64,000 nucleotides of DNA from Thermodesulfobacteriota bacterium. Its GTDB lineage: Bacteria > Desulfobacterota > RBG-13-43-22. The DNA lies in NCBI GenBank assembly GCA_040755035.1, contig JBFMBU010000313.1, forward strand, positions 3,763-67,762, read 5' to 3'. The notes beneath the pieces were generated by a model that saw nothing but the letters and a program-made list of their open reading frames with translations, did no database searches and was not told the origin of the DNA. Both the position numbers and the translations under genes were made by a program. The first letter of the stretch is position 1, and the number at the start of each line of letters is the position of its first letter. Below are positions 1 through 9,156 of the stretch, in pieces.

Positions 1-890
1 CTGCCCCAACGGTTCGGGTACCTGACGGGTCGATCAGGGTTACGACCATTGGCCATGCCTCTTTTTTGATTCAAATGGACGGGGTCAATATCCTAACCGA
101 TCCCATCTGGTCCAAACGCTGCAGCCCGGTTTCCTGGGTCGGACCAAAACGTCACCAGCCCCCCGGCCTGCGCTTCGATGACCTGCCTCAAATCGATATG
201 ATTCTGATATCGCACAACCACTACGATCACCTGGATCTCCCCACTCTTAAACGGCTGGCCGATAAAGACACTCCCCGCGCTTTGGTGCCCCTTGGAAATC
301 GGGAGCTGGTTTTGGAATCAGGGATACCGCAGGTGGAGGAAAAGGACTGGTGGGAATCGGTCTCTCTGAGTCCGAAGGTTAAAGTCACCCTGGTTCCGGC
401 TCAGCATTTTTCAGCACGGACCCCCTGGGACCGCAATAAGACCCTTTGGGGAGGATTTGTTATTTCCGGGCCTTCCGGAAAGGTCTATTTTGCCGGGGAT
501 ACCGCCTATGGGCCGCATCTCCTGGAAATCGGGCGCCGTTTTGTTCCAATCCGATTGGCCCTTCTACCCATTTCCCCTTTCCGAACCGGGAAATCGAACG
601 ATCTGACCCCTTCCAGGTTTTCCATTGTTCACCTGGGGCCGGTCGAAGCCGTTCGGGCTCATATGGACCTGGAGGCTGAAAAGAGTATCGCTGCTCATTT
701 CCGGGTCTTTCGTCTGGGGTGGGACGGTTTTGATGATGCCGTCAACGAACTGGCCAGTGCTATCCGGAAGCAGAATCTCCGGCCAGAGGTATTTCCGGCC
801 CCGTCCCCCGGTCAGGTTTTCGAATCGGGGCCGTTCATTGCAGAAAAAGAGGTAGCCGGGAGGCCCAGGCGGTCAGCCCTTGGGGGATGA
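1..890 (+). CDS. MBL-fold metallo-hydrolase (Lactamase_B_2 / NAPE-PLD-like), 5' partial. The reading frame is open to the window start.
   Basis: HNHYDHLD (HxHxDH) metal-binding motif. The upstream in-frame translation ...IRVTTIGHASFLIQMDG is the typical MBL N-terminus. No stop before position 1. Confidence 0.8.
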   Translation, partial: APTVRVPDGSIRVTTIGHASFLIQMDGVNILTDPIWSKRCSPVSWVGPKRHQPPGLRFDDLPQIDMILISHNHYDHLDLPTLKRLADKDTPRALVPLGNRELVLESGIPQVEEKDWWESVSLSPKVKVTLVPAQHFSARTPWDRNKTLWGGFVISGPSGKVYFAGDTAYGPHLLEIGRRFVPIRLALLPISPFRTGKSNDLTPSRFSIVHLGPVEAVRAHMDLEAEKSIAAHFRVFRLGWDGFDDAVNELASAIRKQNLRPEVFPAPSPGQVFESGPFIAEKEVAGRPRRSALGG

Positions 891-897
891 TAAGGGT

Positions 898-1266
898 ATG
901 AAATCGATCAGCTCGTTCGCTTGGGTTCTTCTTTTATGGATCGGGGTTGCTCACGGGGCAGAGGATCACGAGGGGGCTAGGATCCAATATCTGATTTCCT
1001 CGGTCGAGACCCTTGAAGGGGCTGTATTTATTCGAAACGGACAGGCCTATGACGGAAAAAAAGCAGGGGAGCATTTAGGGCTTAAATTAAAAGCCGCCGG
1101 AAAGCGGGTTAAGACCGCCGAGGACTTTATTAAGTTATGCGCTTCCCGATCATCGGTGACGGGCATTCCTTATCAAATTCGGTTTCCCGACGGCCGGGTT
1201 CTGAAAGCGGAAACTTTCTTTATAAGCACTCTGAAAAGTTACTCTGCCAAAGGGGCTCGGGAGTAG
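898..1266 (+). CDS. DUF5329-family secreted protein
   Basis: Signal peptide (SFAWVLLLWIGVAHGA) followed by the IQYLISSVE...FIRNG...AGEHL...TAEDFIKLCASRSSVTG pattern typical of DUF5329. An AAGGG RBS precedes the ATG at 898. The ORF-track start at 880 is less likely. Confidence 0.55.
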   Translation: MKSISSFAWVLLLWIGVAHGAEDHEGARIQYLISSVETLEGAVFIRNGQAYDGKKAGEHLGLKLKAAGKRVKTAEDFIKLCASRSSVTGIPYQIRFPDGRVLKAETFFISTLKSYSAKGARE

Positions 1267-1291
1267 ATCCTTTCCTGTCCCTTCCGTCCCC

Positions 1292-2431
1292 TTATTTGGG
1301 GCCGAAATAGGGATCTTTGGTTTTGGCCGGTTGGGTTGGAGACGGCGACGGTTTTTTGGTTTTGGTTTTGGTGCCGGATTTTTCCTCGGCTGCCCCCTCC
1401 GTGGTGACAGTTGTGGCCGTCGTTTCCTGGGCCCTTTTTTCTTCCAACCTCTTCAACTCGGCCCGAATCTCTTCCAGCCTTTTTTCTTCAGCCCGGATTT
1501 CCTCCTGTCTTTTCTCCTCAGCCTTTTTTTCTTCCAGACGTTTGATCTCCTCGCGCAACTCTTCCAAACGTTTCTCTTCGGCCCGGATTTCCTCCTGACG
1601 CTTCTCAGCCGCTCTTTTCTCTAAAAGCCGTTTTTCTTCCAAGCGTTTTTCCTCGGCCCGGATTTCCTCCAATCGTTTCGCTTCCAGCTTCTTTTGTTCG
1701 GCTTGGATTTCCGCGTTTTTTTTCTCTTCTGATGGTTTGTCTCCGGCCGGTTTCTCCTGGACGGATTTATCTTTTTTCTCTTTTTCCGGTTTTACCTCGG
1801 TTGTTTTTTCTTTAGCTGTTTTTTCTTCGGACGGGGCCGGTTTGCTTTCTTCCACCAGGGCGGCCAGGAAAGCCGAATCGGCCAGGATTTGTTCCGTCAC
1901 CCTGACCAGGGACTCACTGATGCTTTCCTGATAGTTCACCTCAGAAAGGCTACGTCCCCGATTCGTTCCCACACCGGAATAAACGTGCTTGAACAGAACG
2001 GTCCCCGCTTTATCCTTGATCTCAAGAGCCAGCCGGGTTTCGGAATTATAGGTCCGCCCTTCGATAGTCCAGAACTCCATGACGGAACCGGATAGTAATC
2101 GATCCGCGGTGTCAGCGTTATTGGCCAGTCGTAAACCTATGGCATTAAATTCATTTTTTAAAACCGTCAGGATGAAATTCCTGACCTGACGATCGTCCGA
2201 GGTTACTATACGAATGAATTTATTTTTTTCTTCCTGATTTTCGCCGATTTCCCTGGGGCGTTTTCGAGTATCCCGGATCCCTTCCCAAAAGATTCTGATG
2301 GGCGGAACTTTTTTTATTTGAACATTGACGGAGCTTTTGGGCTTATACTGAAGCTGGATCACCTTTTCATTGGCCTCGGCCAACAGGGGAATCAGCAGGA
2401 AAAAAAGGCAAATAAATAGATATCGTTTCAA
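1292..2431 (-). CDS. Secreted/periplasmic protein with three tandem ~30-aa KE-rich coiled-coil repeats (EEIRAEEKRLEE...) and a Thr/Pro/Lys-rich C-terminal tail
   Basis: Long ORF. The likely start is a TTG at 2431 with a perfect AGGAGG RBS 7 nt upstream, giving MKRYLFICLFFLLIPLLAEA as signal peptide. The track start at 2494 is also TTG. The DNA shows ~90-nt tandem repeats at 1440-1720. Confidence 0.7.
   Translation of the reverse strand: MKRYLFICLFFLLIPLLAEANEKVIQLQYKPKSSVNVQIKKVPPIRIFWEGIRDTRKRPREIGENQEEKNKFIRIVTSDDRQVRNFILTVLKNEFNAIGLRLANNADTADRLLSGSVMEFWTIEGRTYNSETRLALEIKDKAGTVLFKHVYSGVGTNRGRSLSEVNYQESISESLVRVTEQILADSAFLAALVEESKPAPSEEKTAKEKTTEVKPEKEKKDKSVQEKPAGDKPSEEKKNAEIQAEQKKLEAKRLEEIRAEEKRLEEKRLLEKRAAEKRQEEIRAEEKRLEELREEIKRLEEKKAEEKRQEEIRAEEKRLEEIRAELKRLEEKRAQETTATTVTTEGAAEEKSGTKTKTKKPSPSPTQPAKTKDPYFGPK
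1440..1720 (-). repeat. Intragenic ~90-bp (36-nt sub-periodic) tandem repeats encoding an EEKRLEE/EEIRAEE coiled-coil array
   Basis: Repeated ttcctccagncgttt / ttcttcagcccggatttcctcc blocks are visible on '+'. They encode three ~30-aa repeats in the '-' frame. Confidence 0.7.
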
Positions 2432-2481
2432 GGAAGGACCTCCTGCATGAAGGATACAAACTCTAACGTACCTTAAAAGAT

Positions 2482-2590
2482 GAATGCTACGCAAATTGGA
2501 TAGAATGCATTAAAAATAAGAGATAAACCCGGACCAAATGAGGAATTTTCGAATATCCAATTTGGGTTCCGGCTGATCCGGGTTGGGATA
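2482..2590. repeat. Dispersed intergenic repeat family A, copy 1. It has a 5' GAATKCTACGCAAATTGGATAG box, an internal AAACCCGGACC...GGTCCGGGTT inverted pair and a 3' GGTTCCGGCTGRTCCGGGTTGG box.
   Basis: Near-identical blocks at 23982-24090, 48917-49024 and 59786-59912. A 3' half lies at 60005-60052. Confidence 0.75.
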
Positions 2591-2665
2591 TTACACTAAG
2601 ATGAAGGGATTATAAATCAAGAAAAAATTTCGGTCAAAAAGAAAAAGGATTTAACAGTAAAAATT

Positions 2666-2741
2666 TGGTGGGCCGTGTAGGGCTCGAACCTACGACCTAC
2701 TGATTAAGAGTCAGTTGCTCTACCTGTTGAGCTAACGGCCC
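2666..2741 (-). tRNA. tRNA-Lys (anticodon CTT), CCA encoded
   Basis: Reverse complement reads GGGCCGTTAGCTCAACAGGTAGAGCAACTGACTCTTAATCAGT...GGTTCGAGCCCTACACGGCCCACCA. It has a cloverleaf with a 7-nt anticodon loop C-T-CTT-A-A and a T-loop GGTTCGAGCCC. Confidence 0.9.
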
Positions 2742-2810
2742 TAAAGATGTTATTTTCTAACATAAACGGCAGAAATTGACAAGGGGAAAAATGTATCCCG
2801 GGAAAAAGAA

Positions 2811-3307
2811 TTATGGACTATTTTTATCTGGTTGCGGTTTCCCCCGTTCTTTTTCTACCCCTTCCAGAATCCTTTCTATTCTCGATTTTGGCAACCGGCC
2901 GAAAAGTTTTTGCAGGGCTTCCTTGGAAAAATGCTCCTGCAGAAAGGCGTTTACTGGGATTCGCTCCTGCCAGCAACCGATCAGATTGCGGCAGGGCAGG
3001 GTCCCTTGAGAACGGCGACAATACTGGAAGTTAAGCGTCATCCCCAGTTGGTTGCAATAAGCTTCCAGAGTATCGTAGGCGTCGATCATGATCCGGAAGG
3101 GCTTCAAGTGACCGGGAGGACCGGACACGCTGACGCGGAGCAGGGGGGGACACGGGGAGCGAGAGACAGGGAGACACGGGTAATAATAAAGATGTGGTCA
3201 AGAACAGATAGAATATCATCCTTTACGAGGTCCTTCACTTCACTGTTCACCCGTGTCGCCAAATTCTCCGCCTCACCGTGCCTCTCCAAATAACGGTTCA
3301 AAAGCAA
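2811..3307 (-). pseudogene. Hypothetical gene split by a -1 frameshift in a low-complexity, G7-containing repeat region. The N-terminal part is ORF 3104-3307 and the C-terminal part is ORF 2811-3128.
   Basis: Two protein-like minus-strand ORFs in different frames overlap at 3104-3128. The downstream frame is open up to 3197 and spans a G7/C7 tract (3143-3149) inside a degenerate LPVSP-coding repeat. A 1-nt indel would fuse them into a ~165-aa protein. The C-terminal part contains four Cys. Confidence 0.35.
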
Positions 3308-3327
3308 AACAGCTCCTTGACTGAAAA

Positions 3328-4695
3328 TCAGATCTTTGGTTTGGGAAATTTTTCCAGGGCTTTTAAGGATTTTTGAATGTCTTCGTCAGGCAATTCGAAA
3401 TCAGCCAGTTTGCCTTCGAAGTAGGCATTGTAAGCCATCATATCCACCAGCCCGTGACCGCTCCAGTTCACCAGGATGGTCTTGGCCTTGCCTTCTTCCT
3501 TGCATTTTTTAGCCTCGGAAATAACCGCGGCTAGGGCATGGTTGGTCTCCGGGGCCGGGATATACCCTTCCGTTCTGGACCAGGTCACGCCGGCGGCAAA
3601 GGTTTCCAGTTGCTGTACGGCTCGGGGTTCAATCAGTTTATCCAGGATCAATTGAGAAACAATAGGAGCCATACCGTGATAGCGCAATCCACCGGCATGG
3701 ATTGGGGCCGGGACGAAGTTATGGCCCAGGCTATGCATGGCCAGCAAGGGGGTCATCTGGACCGTATCCCCGAAATCATAGACAAAGGGACCTTTGGTCA
3801 TGGTCGGGCATGAGGCCGGTTCTACGGCGATAATTTCAATCTTTTTCCCGCCGATCTTGTCCCGGACAAAGGGCAGGGCCATTCCGGCGAAGTTGCTTCC
3901 GCCTCCGGCACAACCGATGACGATGTCCGGATAGTCTCCGGCCTTCTGAAGCTGCTTTTGTGCTTCCAGGCCGATGATGGTCTGATGAAGCAATACGTGG
4001 TTCAAGACACTGCCCAGGGAGTACTTGCTGCCGGGATTGGTTACGGCATCTTCCACGGCTTCACTGATGGCAATCCCCAGGCTGCCCGGGGAGTTGGGGT
4101 CCTGTTCCAATATGGTTCGACCGGCCTTGGTGTCCGGGCTGGGGCTGGGGATACAGGTCGCTCCCCAGGTGTTCATCATCAGCCTGCGGTAAGGTTTCTG
4201 ATCATAACTGATACGGACCATATAGACCTTGATTTCCAGACCGAATAGGGCGCCGGCAAAACTCAGGGCACTGCCCCATTGTCCGGCACCGGTTTCAGTG
4301 GCAATGCGTTTGGTCCCGGAAATTTTATTGTAATAAGCCTGGGGAACGGCCGTATTGGGTTTATGACTGCCGGCCGGACTGACCCCTTCGTTTTTATAAT
4401 AGATCTTGGCCGGGGTTTGTAAAAAGGCTTCCAGGGCATACGCTCGTATTAAAGGAGAAGGACGCCAGATCAGGTATTTTTCCAGGACCGGTTCCGGGAT
4501 ATCGATAAACCTTTGGGGACTGACCTCCTGTTCAATAAGGGGCATGGGAAAGATGGGGGCCAGATCGTCAGGGCCGACCGGCTGACCGGTCCCGGGATGC
4601 AAAGGGGGTTGCATTCCATTGGGCATGTCTGGCAAAATGTTGTACCACTGGCGGGGCATTTCATCTTCGGTCAATAGAATTTTTTTGGGCACCAT
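3328..4695 (-). CDS. trpB2: TrpB-like pyridoxal-phosphate-dependent enzyme (tryptophan synthase beta paralog, TrpB2 type)
   Basis: Full-length match to the TrpB-like family layout: [16 protein letters not shown] lysine motif, [12 protein letters not shown], and a [10 protein letters not shown] glycine loop. Confidence 0.85.
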   Translation of the reverse strand: MVPKKILLTEDEMPRQWYNILPDMPNGMQPPLHPGTGQPVGPDDLAPIFPMPLIEQEVSPQRFIDIPEPVLEKYLIWRPSPLIRAYALEAFLQTPAKIYYKNEGVSPAGSHKPNTAVPQAYYNKISGTKRIATETGAGQWGSALSFAGALFGLEIKVYMVRISYDQKPYRRLMMNTWGATCIPSPSPDTKAGRTILEQDPNSPGSLGIAISEAVEDAVTNPGSKYSLGSVLNHVLLHQTIIGLEAQKQLQKAGDYPDIVIGCAGGGSNFAGMALPFVRDKIGGKKIEIIAVEPASCPTMTKGPFVYDFGDTVQMTPLLAMHSLGHNFVPAPIHAGGLRYHGMAPIVSQLILDKLIEPRAVQQLETFAAGVTWSRTEGYIPAPETNHALAAVISEAKKCKEEGKAKTILVNWSGHGLVDMMAYNAYFEGKLADFELPDEDIQKSLKALEKFPKPKI

Positions 4696-4851
4696 AAATC
4701 CTCCTTCTCCAATATTCGGTTTTATTTTTGTTGCATATTATAGTGTTTTAAATGAAAATATGAGGCCGAATGCCGCAGCTGAAAAAAGCCGGGAGGGCTA
4801 TGGGTCACACTATATATAAGGACCCACTTCACTGTCAATGGTATTTATTCA

Positions 4852-5175
4852 ATGGAGAACGATACAAAATCAATAAAAAGCGTAGTCGGGGAGCTATGGT
4901 CCGGCGGGGACGCGGTGATCGATCCCACGATCACTTCCGTTATCGCGGCCTGGTCCAGGGTCGTACCGAAATCCTTGAGGTCGGGAATGTGTCTGGAAGG
5001 TTTTAGGGAGGGGACCCTTCATGTCCTCGTCTCCAATCCGGTAGTCGGCCAGCAGCTGCAATTTCAGAAAGAAATCCTAAGGGAGAAGATGAATGCCCTT
5101 CTGGGGAAGCCGCTGATCAAGGGTTTTCGGATCAAATCCGGTACGTTTGCCCCTATCCATCCAACCAGCGTTTGA
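4852..5175 (+). CDS. DUF721 (DciA-like) domain protein
   Basis: V.P.SL..G.L.V.V..P....QL.F.K..L..K.N..LG...I..F..K pattern characteristic of DUF721. Confidence 0.55.
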   Translation: MENDTKSIKSVVGELWSGGDAVIDPTITSVIAAWSRVVPKSLRSGMCLEGFREGTLHVLVSNPVVGQQLQFQKEILREKMNALLGKPLIKGFRIKSGTFAPIHPTSV

Positions 5176-5914
5176 ACTGAGGATTGTAAACCCCGACCTC
5201 CCGGTAAACCGTGAGCGGCGGCAGGACACGCAGATCCTCTCGGCCTTGATAAACCGCTTCCATTAAGACCCATTCGGCTTCTTTTTCGGCAAAAGAATGA
5301 ACCAGTTGAATTTTTTTGGGCTCCAGAAGGTACTTCCGAGAAGAGGCCAATAAAGAAACCAAACGCCAGGCCGGATAGATGACAAACCATTTCCCTCCGG
5401 CCTTCAAGGCATGGGCCACGGCCATGAGCAATTCAGGCAGGGTGACCCTTATTTCATGGCGGGCCAGGGCTTTTTGCGGATCAGGGTTAATACGCCCCTT
5501 GTGCAAAGGGCGAAATGGCGGATTGCTGATGACCAGATCAAAACATCCTTTTTTAAGGTACCAGGGGAGGCGGCAAAGATCCCCGCGAATGACGAAAATT
5601 CGTTTCTCATAGCCGTTCAAAAGGACGTTTCGCCTGGCCAGATCGGCGAGGGATGCTTCCAGTTCCAAAGCGACAAAACGGGCCCCGGGAAAGTTCCGGG
5701 CCAGGAGCAGGGTCAGTATCCCGCTGCCGGTTCCCAGGTCCAGGATGCTGGAGGGTGTCTTGGAATGGACAAAATGGGAGAGGATCAAGGCGTCAATGGA
5801 AAAACGATATCCGTTTTTTTTCTGGATAAGCCGAATTCCCTTTTCCCCCCAAAAATCAAGGGTTTCATCAGTCCCAAGGCCCATCGGCTTTTCAGGGGGA
5901 AACGGATTCATCAC
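5153..5914 (-). CDS. trmN6: tRNA1(Val) (adenine37-N6)-methyltransferase, TrmN6/YfiC family
   Basis: SAM-binding LDLGTGSGIL motif, VISNPPF (N6-adenine MTase motif IV), and family-typical length and N-terminus. Confidence 0.8.
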   Translation of the reverse strand: MMNPFPPEKPMGLGTDETLDFWGEKGIRLIQKKNGYRFSIDALILSHFVHSKTPSSILDLGTGSGILTLLLARNFPGARFVALELEASLADLARRNVLLNGYEKRIFVIRGDLCRLPWYLKKGCFDLVISNPPFRPLHKGRINPDPQKALARHEIRVTLPELLMAVAHALKAGGKWFVIYPAWRLVSLLASSRKYLLEPKKIQLVHSFAEKEAEWVLMEAVYQGREDLRVLPPLTVYREVGVYNPQFKRWLDG

Positions 5915-7244
5915 CTTTTAGAGAATGCATCACCAATCCGGTCAAGGTTTTGGGATAAAAAAAGGTGGATTTTCTGGGCATGACCAATGAGGCTTCAGCA
6001 ATACGCCGGACTTGTTCCACCGGGGTGGGGTTCAAAAAGAAGGCCAGTCGATCCCTGCTTTTTTCCACCGATTCCAAGGTCTGTAATCCATCATGGCAAT
6101 AGGTGATCATGTTTTCCCGGTCCAGATCCTCGGGTTTGATGCCCAGGATTTTTTGAAAGATAAGCCGGCTGAGAATCATGACATCCAGCCCATAAAGCAG
6201 GGGATGGAGGTCTTCGACCCAATGGCCTTTCAAGGCCTTATTTTTAAGGCTCAAAAGATAAATGAGATTGGTTTGAGGCAGGAAAAAGCCGAATGAAGGT
6301 GACGATCGCCCCTTTTCCTTTTGACGGGATTTTAACTCTGCCAGTATCTGTGACTTGAGGTCAGGGTTATAGGGGATTTTTTCAATGATAAAATCTTCAG
6401 CCAGTTTGTTTTCTAATGTGGAAGGGGTGAGTTCGATGGACCGGTTCAAGATGCGATGAACCGGAAAAATGGTCAAACCGGGGTCTTCCATGGGGCAGAA
6501 AAACATCAACGTATAGTTGAAAGATCCTGTTTCGACCAGCTCCGGAAATTGACCGAGCATATCGGCTTGAAAAGCCAGACTGGTCTCATAGCGGTGGTGA
6601 CCATCGGCGATATAGACCGTTTTATTGGAAAAATTTTCCATTACCCTTTTCAGAGCTGAAGGGTCGGAAATCCTCCAGAGTTGATGATGAACAGCATCCT
6701 GATCGACAAAGTCGATAAAAGGTTCGTTGGGACGCTTTTCGGAGAGGGTAGGAATGACCGATCCCTCCGGATCCAGATAAAAAGAAAAAATCGGGCAGAA
6801 TTGCATTCGGCAATGCTGAAATAATTCATACCGGTCTCGTTTGTGGGAAGAAAAAGTTTTTTCATGAGGACGAACTTTGCCGGATTCAAAACTTTCCAGT
6901 CTCAAAAGGGCAATAAATCCGTTCCGGACCCTTATCTCTCCCCCGGGGACCTTAAAGTGGATTGTATAAAGATAGATAGCCGGTTCTCGGTCCTGAATCA
7001 GAATATTATTCTCTTGCCATCGGGATAAATCCCGGGCGGCCCGGGTGTAACGGTTGTCTTCGGCGGTGTCTTGGGGGGAAGTCTTCCCAAAATCAATCCG
7101 TATAATATTATAGGGGTGCAACCGGTAATAAAAGCTCTGTCCTTCCTCATCGATCACGTCGTAGGGAGGGGTTAAAACCCGGGAGAGGTCTTCAATGAGG
7201 TTGTGATTATAGAGAATTCCCCGAAAGGGGGCGATATGGGCCAC
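5892..7244 (-). CDS. DUF1015 domain-containing protein
   Basis: N-terminus MAHIAPFRGILYN...LTPPYDVID and overall ~450 aa match the DUF1015 family. Confidence 0.8.
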   Translation of the reverse strand: MAHIAPFRGILYNHNLIEDLSRVLTPPYDVIDEEGQSFYYRLHPYNIIRIDFGKTSPQDTAEDNRYTRAARDLSRWQENNILIQDREPAIYLYTIHFKVPGGEIRVRNGFIALLRLESFESGKVRPHEKTFSSHKRDRYELFQHCRMQFCPIFSFYLDPEGSVIPTLSEKRPNEPFIDFVDQDAVHHQLWRISDPSALKRVMENFSNKTVYIADGHHRYETSLAFQADMLGQFPELVETGSFNYTLMFFCPMEDPGLTIFPVHRILNRSIELTPSTLENKLAEDFIIEKIPYNPDLKSQILAELKSRQKEKGRSSPSFGFFLPQTNLIYLLSLKNKALKGHWVEDLHPLLYGLDVMILSRLIFQKILGIKPEDLDRENMITYCHDGLQTLESVEKSRDRLAFFLNPTPVEQVRRIAEASLVMPRKSTFFYPKTLTGLVMHSLKGDESVSP

Positions 7245-7513
7245 CTTCGTCTGTGCTCCTTTCTATTCACTGTCTATGAGGATTTTTATTACCATGACCG
7301 CGTTGCCGGGTAAAGAAAAACATTTTCAAATTAAATCACATTTAATAATGCAACAGCGAACTATGGAGGCGAAAAATAGCTTTCGGTGGGAAAGGGCTTG
7401 GTTTTGTTAATTTCTCCCGAAGCCCCCTGCTTGGGACCGTGCAGAGGACTTCAGGAATGAATGATTGCGATGCGTAGAAAAAGCTTTCGGCCTTATTAGG
7501 TTAACGGAAAGGA

Positions 7514-7756
7514 TTATTTTTTCTTGGGAAGGGGTTTGACTTTTTTCCCTTTTAAATAAATCCTCAAGGCCTCATCGACTACCTCTTTAATCCCCTTTTT
7601 CTCCCAATAGGTGATGGATTTGATCTTACTGTGACTGGTCCCCCGTATCATAACGGTGGTACGTATCCATTTTTCTTCCGGTTTGAAAGGTCCTTGAGCT
7701 TTTCTGACGGTACCAGGGCGGCTTCTTTTTACCGCCGATTTTTTGCGGACAACCAT
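7514..7756 (-). CDS. Small basic ribbon-helix-helix (CopG/Arc-like) DNA-binding protein
   Basis: An RTTVMIRG beta-strand is followed by two helices (SHSKIKSITYW / KEVVDEALRIYL), which is the RHH fold signature. The N- and C-terminal tails are Lys/Arg-rich. Confidence 0.5.
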   Translation of the reverse strand: MVVRKKSAVKRSRPGTVRKAQGPFKPEEKWIRTTVMIRGTSHSKIKSITYWEKKGIKEVVDEALRIYLKGKKVKPLPKKK

Positions 7757-7770
7757 ATGGTTTTGCCCCC

Positions 7771-7810
7771 ATTCAAATTAAAACCACTTATCCTGATACG
7801 GATAAGGTTA
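7771..7810 (-). terminator. Intrinsic terminator downstream of hup. The hairpin CCUUAUCC/GGAUAAG is followed by UUUUAAUUU.
   Basis: A 7-8 bp perfect inverted repeat CTTATCC-N7-GGATAAG at 7787-7807. The minus-strand RNA has a U-rich tail right after the HU stop. Confidence 0.5.
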
Positions 7811-7851
7811 TTTCCCTCCGGCCTGTTTTATGGACCGTCGTCCAGGAAAGA

Positions 7852-8154
7852 CTATTTTTTGGGTGGAACAACAGCGTCCTTAAAGGCCTTGGCGATCCGC
7901 ATTTTGGTAACGGTCTTGGCCGGGATCTTGATGGGTTCGCCGGTTTGGGGATTCCTGCCCGTTCTGGCTTTCCTTTTGGAAAGGACCATCTTCCCGATGC
8001 CGGGGATGGTAAACGAACCGCTTTTTTTGGTTTCTGAAACGGCTAACCGGGCCAATTCATCCAGGACCTCTTTGGAGGTGTTTTTAGTCAGCATGAATTT
8101 TCCCGCCAGATGTGAAACTAACTGGGTTTTGGTGAGGGGTTTTTTGGTAGCCAT
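7852..8154 (-). CDS. hup: HU family nucleoid-associated DNA-binding protein
   Basis: RNPQTGEPIKIPAK arm motif and family N-terminus MATKKPLTKTQLVSHLA. The 100 aa include a Lys-rich C-terminal tail. Confidence 0.9.
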   Translation of the reverse strand: MATKKPLTKTQLVSHLAGKFMLTKNTSKEVLDELARLAVSETKKSGSFTIPGIGKMVLSKRKARTGRNPQTGEPIKIPAKTVTKMRIAKAFKDAVVPPKK

Positions 8155-8277
8155 AGCCTAAGTCCTCCTTTAAAAAAAATATTTTCTTTGTTGTATATAA
8201 TAGAAAATAAGCAAAGGTCAAGGGAAAAAGTTGAAAACACCCAAAAAAAAGCAGAAAAAATACCTTTTTCTTTTTCG

Positions 8278-9147
8278 TTAACGTTCTTTCCTTCTAAGAA
8301 ATGGGTTTTTGGGAAAAGCGCTGGGTCCCAATTTTTGACAAGAGGGGCAAAAGTGTGTGCCTCTTCCGGCTACGCGAATTTTTTTTATCAAAAAACCACA
8401 AATCGGGCAAGGCTCTGCCGTCCGGCCATAGACCTGATGGTAGTTTTGAAATCCGCCGCTGGTCCCATCCGGTTTGCGGTAATCTCTCAGAGTGGATCCC
8501 TGGGCGGTGATGGCGCGTTTCAATATTTTTTTGATGATCCGAAAGAGGTTTTGGATTTGAGACTTCGACAAAACACCGGTTTGGGTCAGGGGATGGAGGC
8601 CCGATTGGAATAAGGCCTCGTCCACATAAATGTTCCCCAGACCGCTGATCATCGTTTGGTCCAGTAAAAAGGATTTGATATTTCTTCTTTTCGATTGGAT
8701 CAGGTCGGTAAATTTTTGACAGGTGGTCTCAAAGGGATCGGGTCCAATTCGACGAAGGCCGGACAGGCTTTCTGGTCTGTCGGCCGGTTCGTATTGAAAA
8801 AAGCCGAATTTTCTGACATCCCGGTATCGTAATTGAATGTCCGAATCGTCAAACCGGAAAAGGAGATGGGAATGACGGTCTACGGCGGCGGATTGGGGTT
8901 CGATAAAGACCTGCCCGGTCATTTTGAGATGCAGTATCATCGTTCCCGGGGGATCGAGAACAAAAAGGATGAACTTGCCTTTACGCCGGATTTCCCTTAT
9001 GATTGACCCCGTTACCTGACGAAGGAAAGCTGAGGGAGGGCCTTGGAGGACGCTCCGGCTGAGAATCTTTACGCTTCGGATTTTGCGGCCGGTCAGAGGT
9101 AAGCGAAGACGGCGAACCACGGTTTCAACTTCGGGGAGTTCCGGCAT
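8278..9147 (-). CDS. mutM: Formamidopyrimidine-DNA glycosylase
   Basis: MPELPEVE catalytic N-terminus (Pro2/Glu3), H2TH region, and C-terminal zinc finger CPICG...CPSCQ. Confidence 0.9.
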   Translation of the reverse strand: MPELPEVETVVRRLRLPLTGRKIRSVKILSRSVLQGPPSAFLRQVTGSIIREIRRKGKFILFVLDPPGTMILHLKMTGQVFIEPQSAAVDRHSHLLFRFDDSDIQLRYRDVRKFGFFQYEPADRPESLSGLRRIGPDPFETTCQKFTDLIQSKRRNIKSFLLDQTMISGLGNIYVDEALFQSGLHPLTQTGVLSKSQIQNLFRIIKKILKRAITAQGSTLRDYRKPDGTSGGFQNYHQVYGRTAEPCPICGFLIKKIRVAGRGTHFCPSCQKLGPSAFPKNPFLRRKER

Positions 9148-9156
9148 ACGGATAGC

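Noticed and set aside
1317-1624. Plus-strand ORFs (SARISS... repeats) inside the KE-repeat gene
   Set aside because: These are antisense shadows of the minus-strand coiled-coil repeats. The Ser/Phe-rich low-complexity translation is an artifact of the repeat.
2832-3293. 153-aa plus-strand ORF overlapping the tRNA-proximal region
   Set aside because: Low-complexity, Phe/Pro-rich translation. It is antisense to two protein-like minus-strand ORFs and is probably a shadow ORF of the repeat region.
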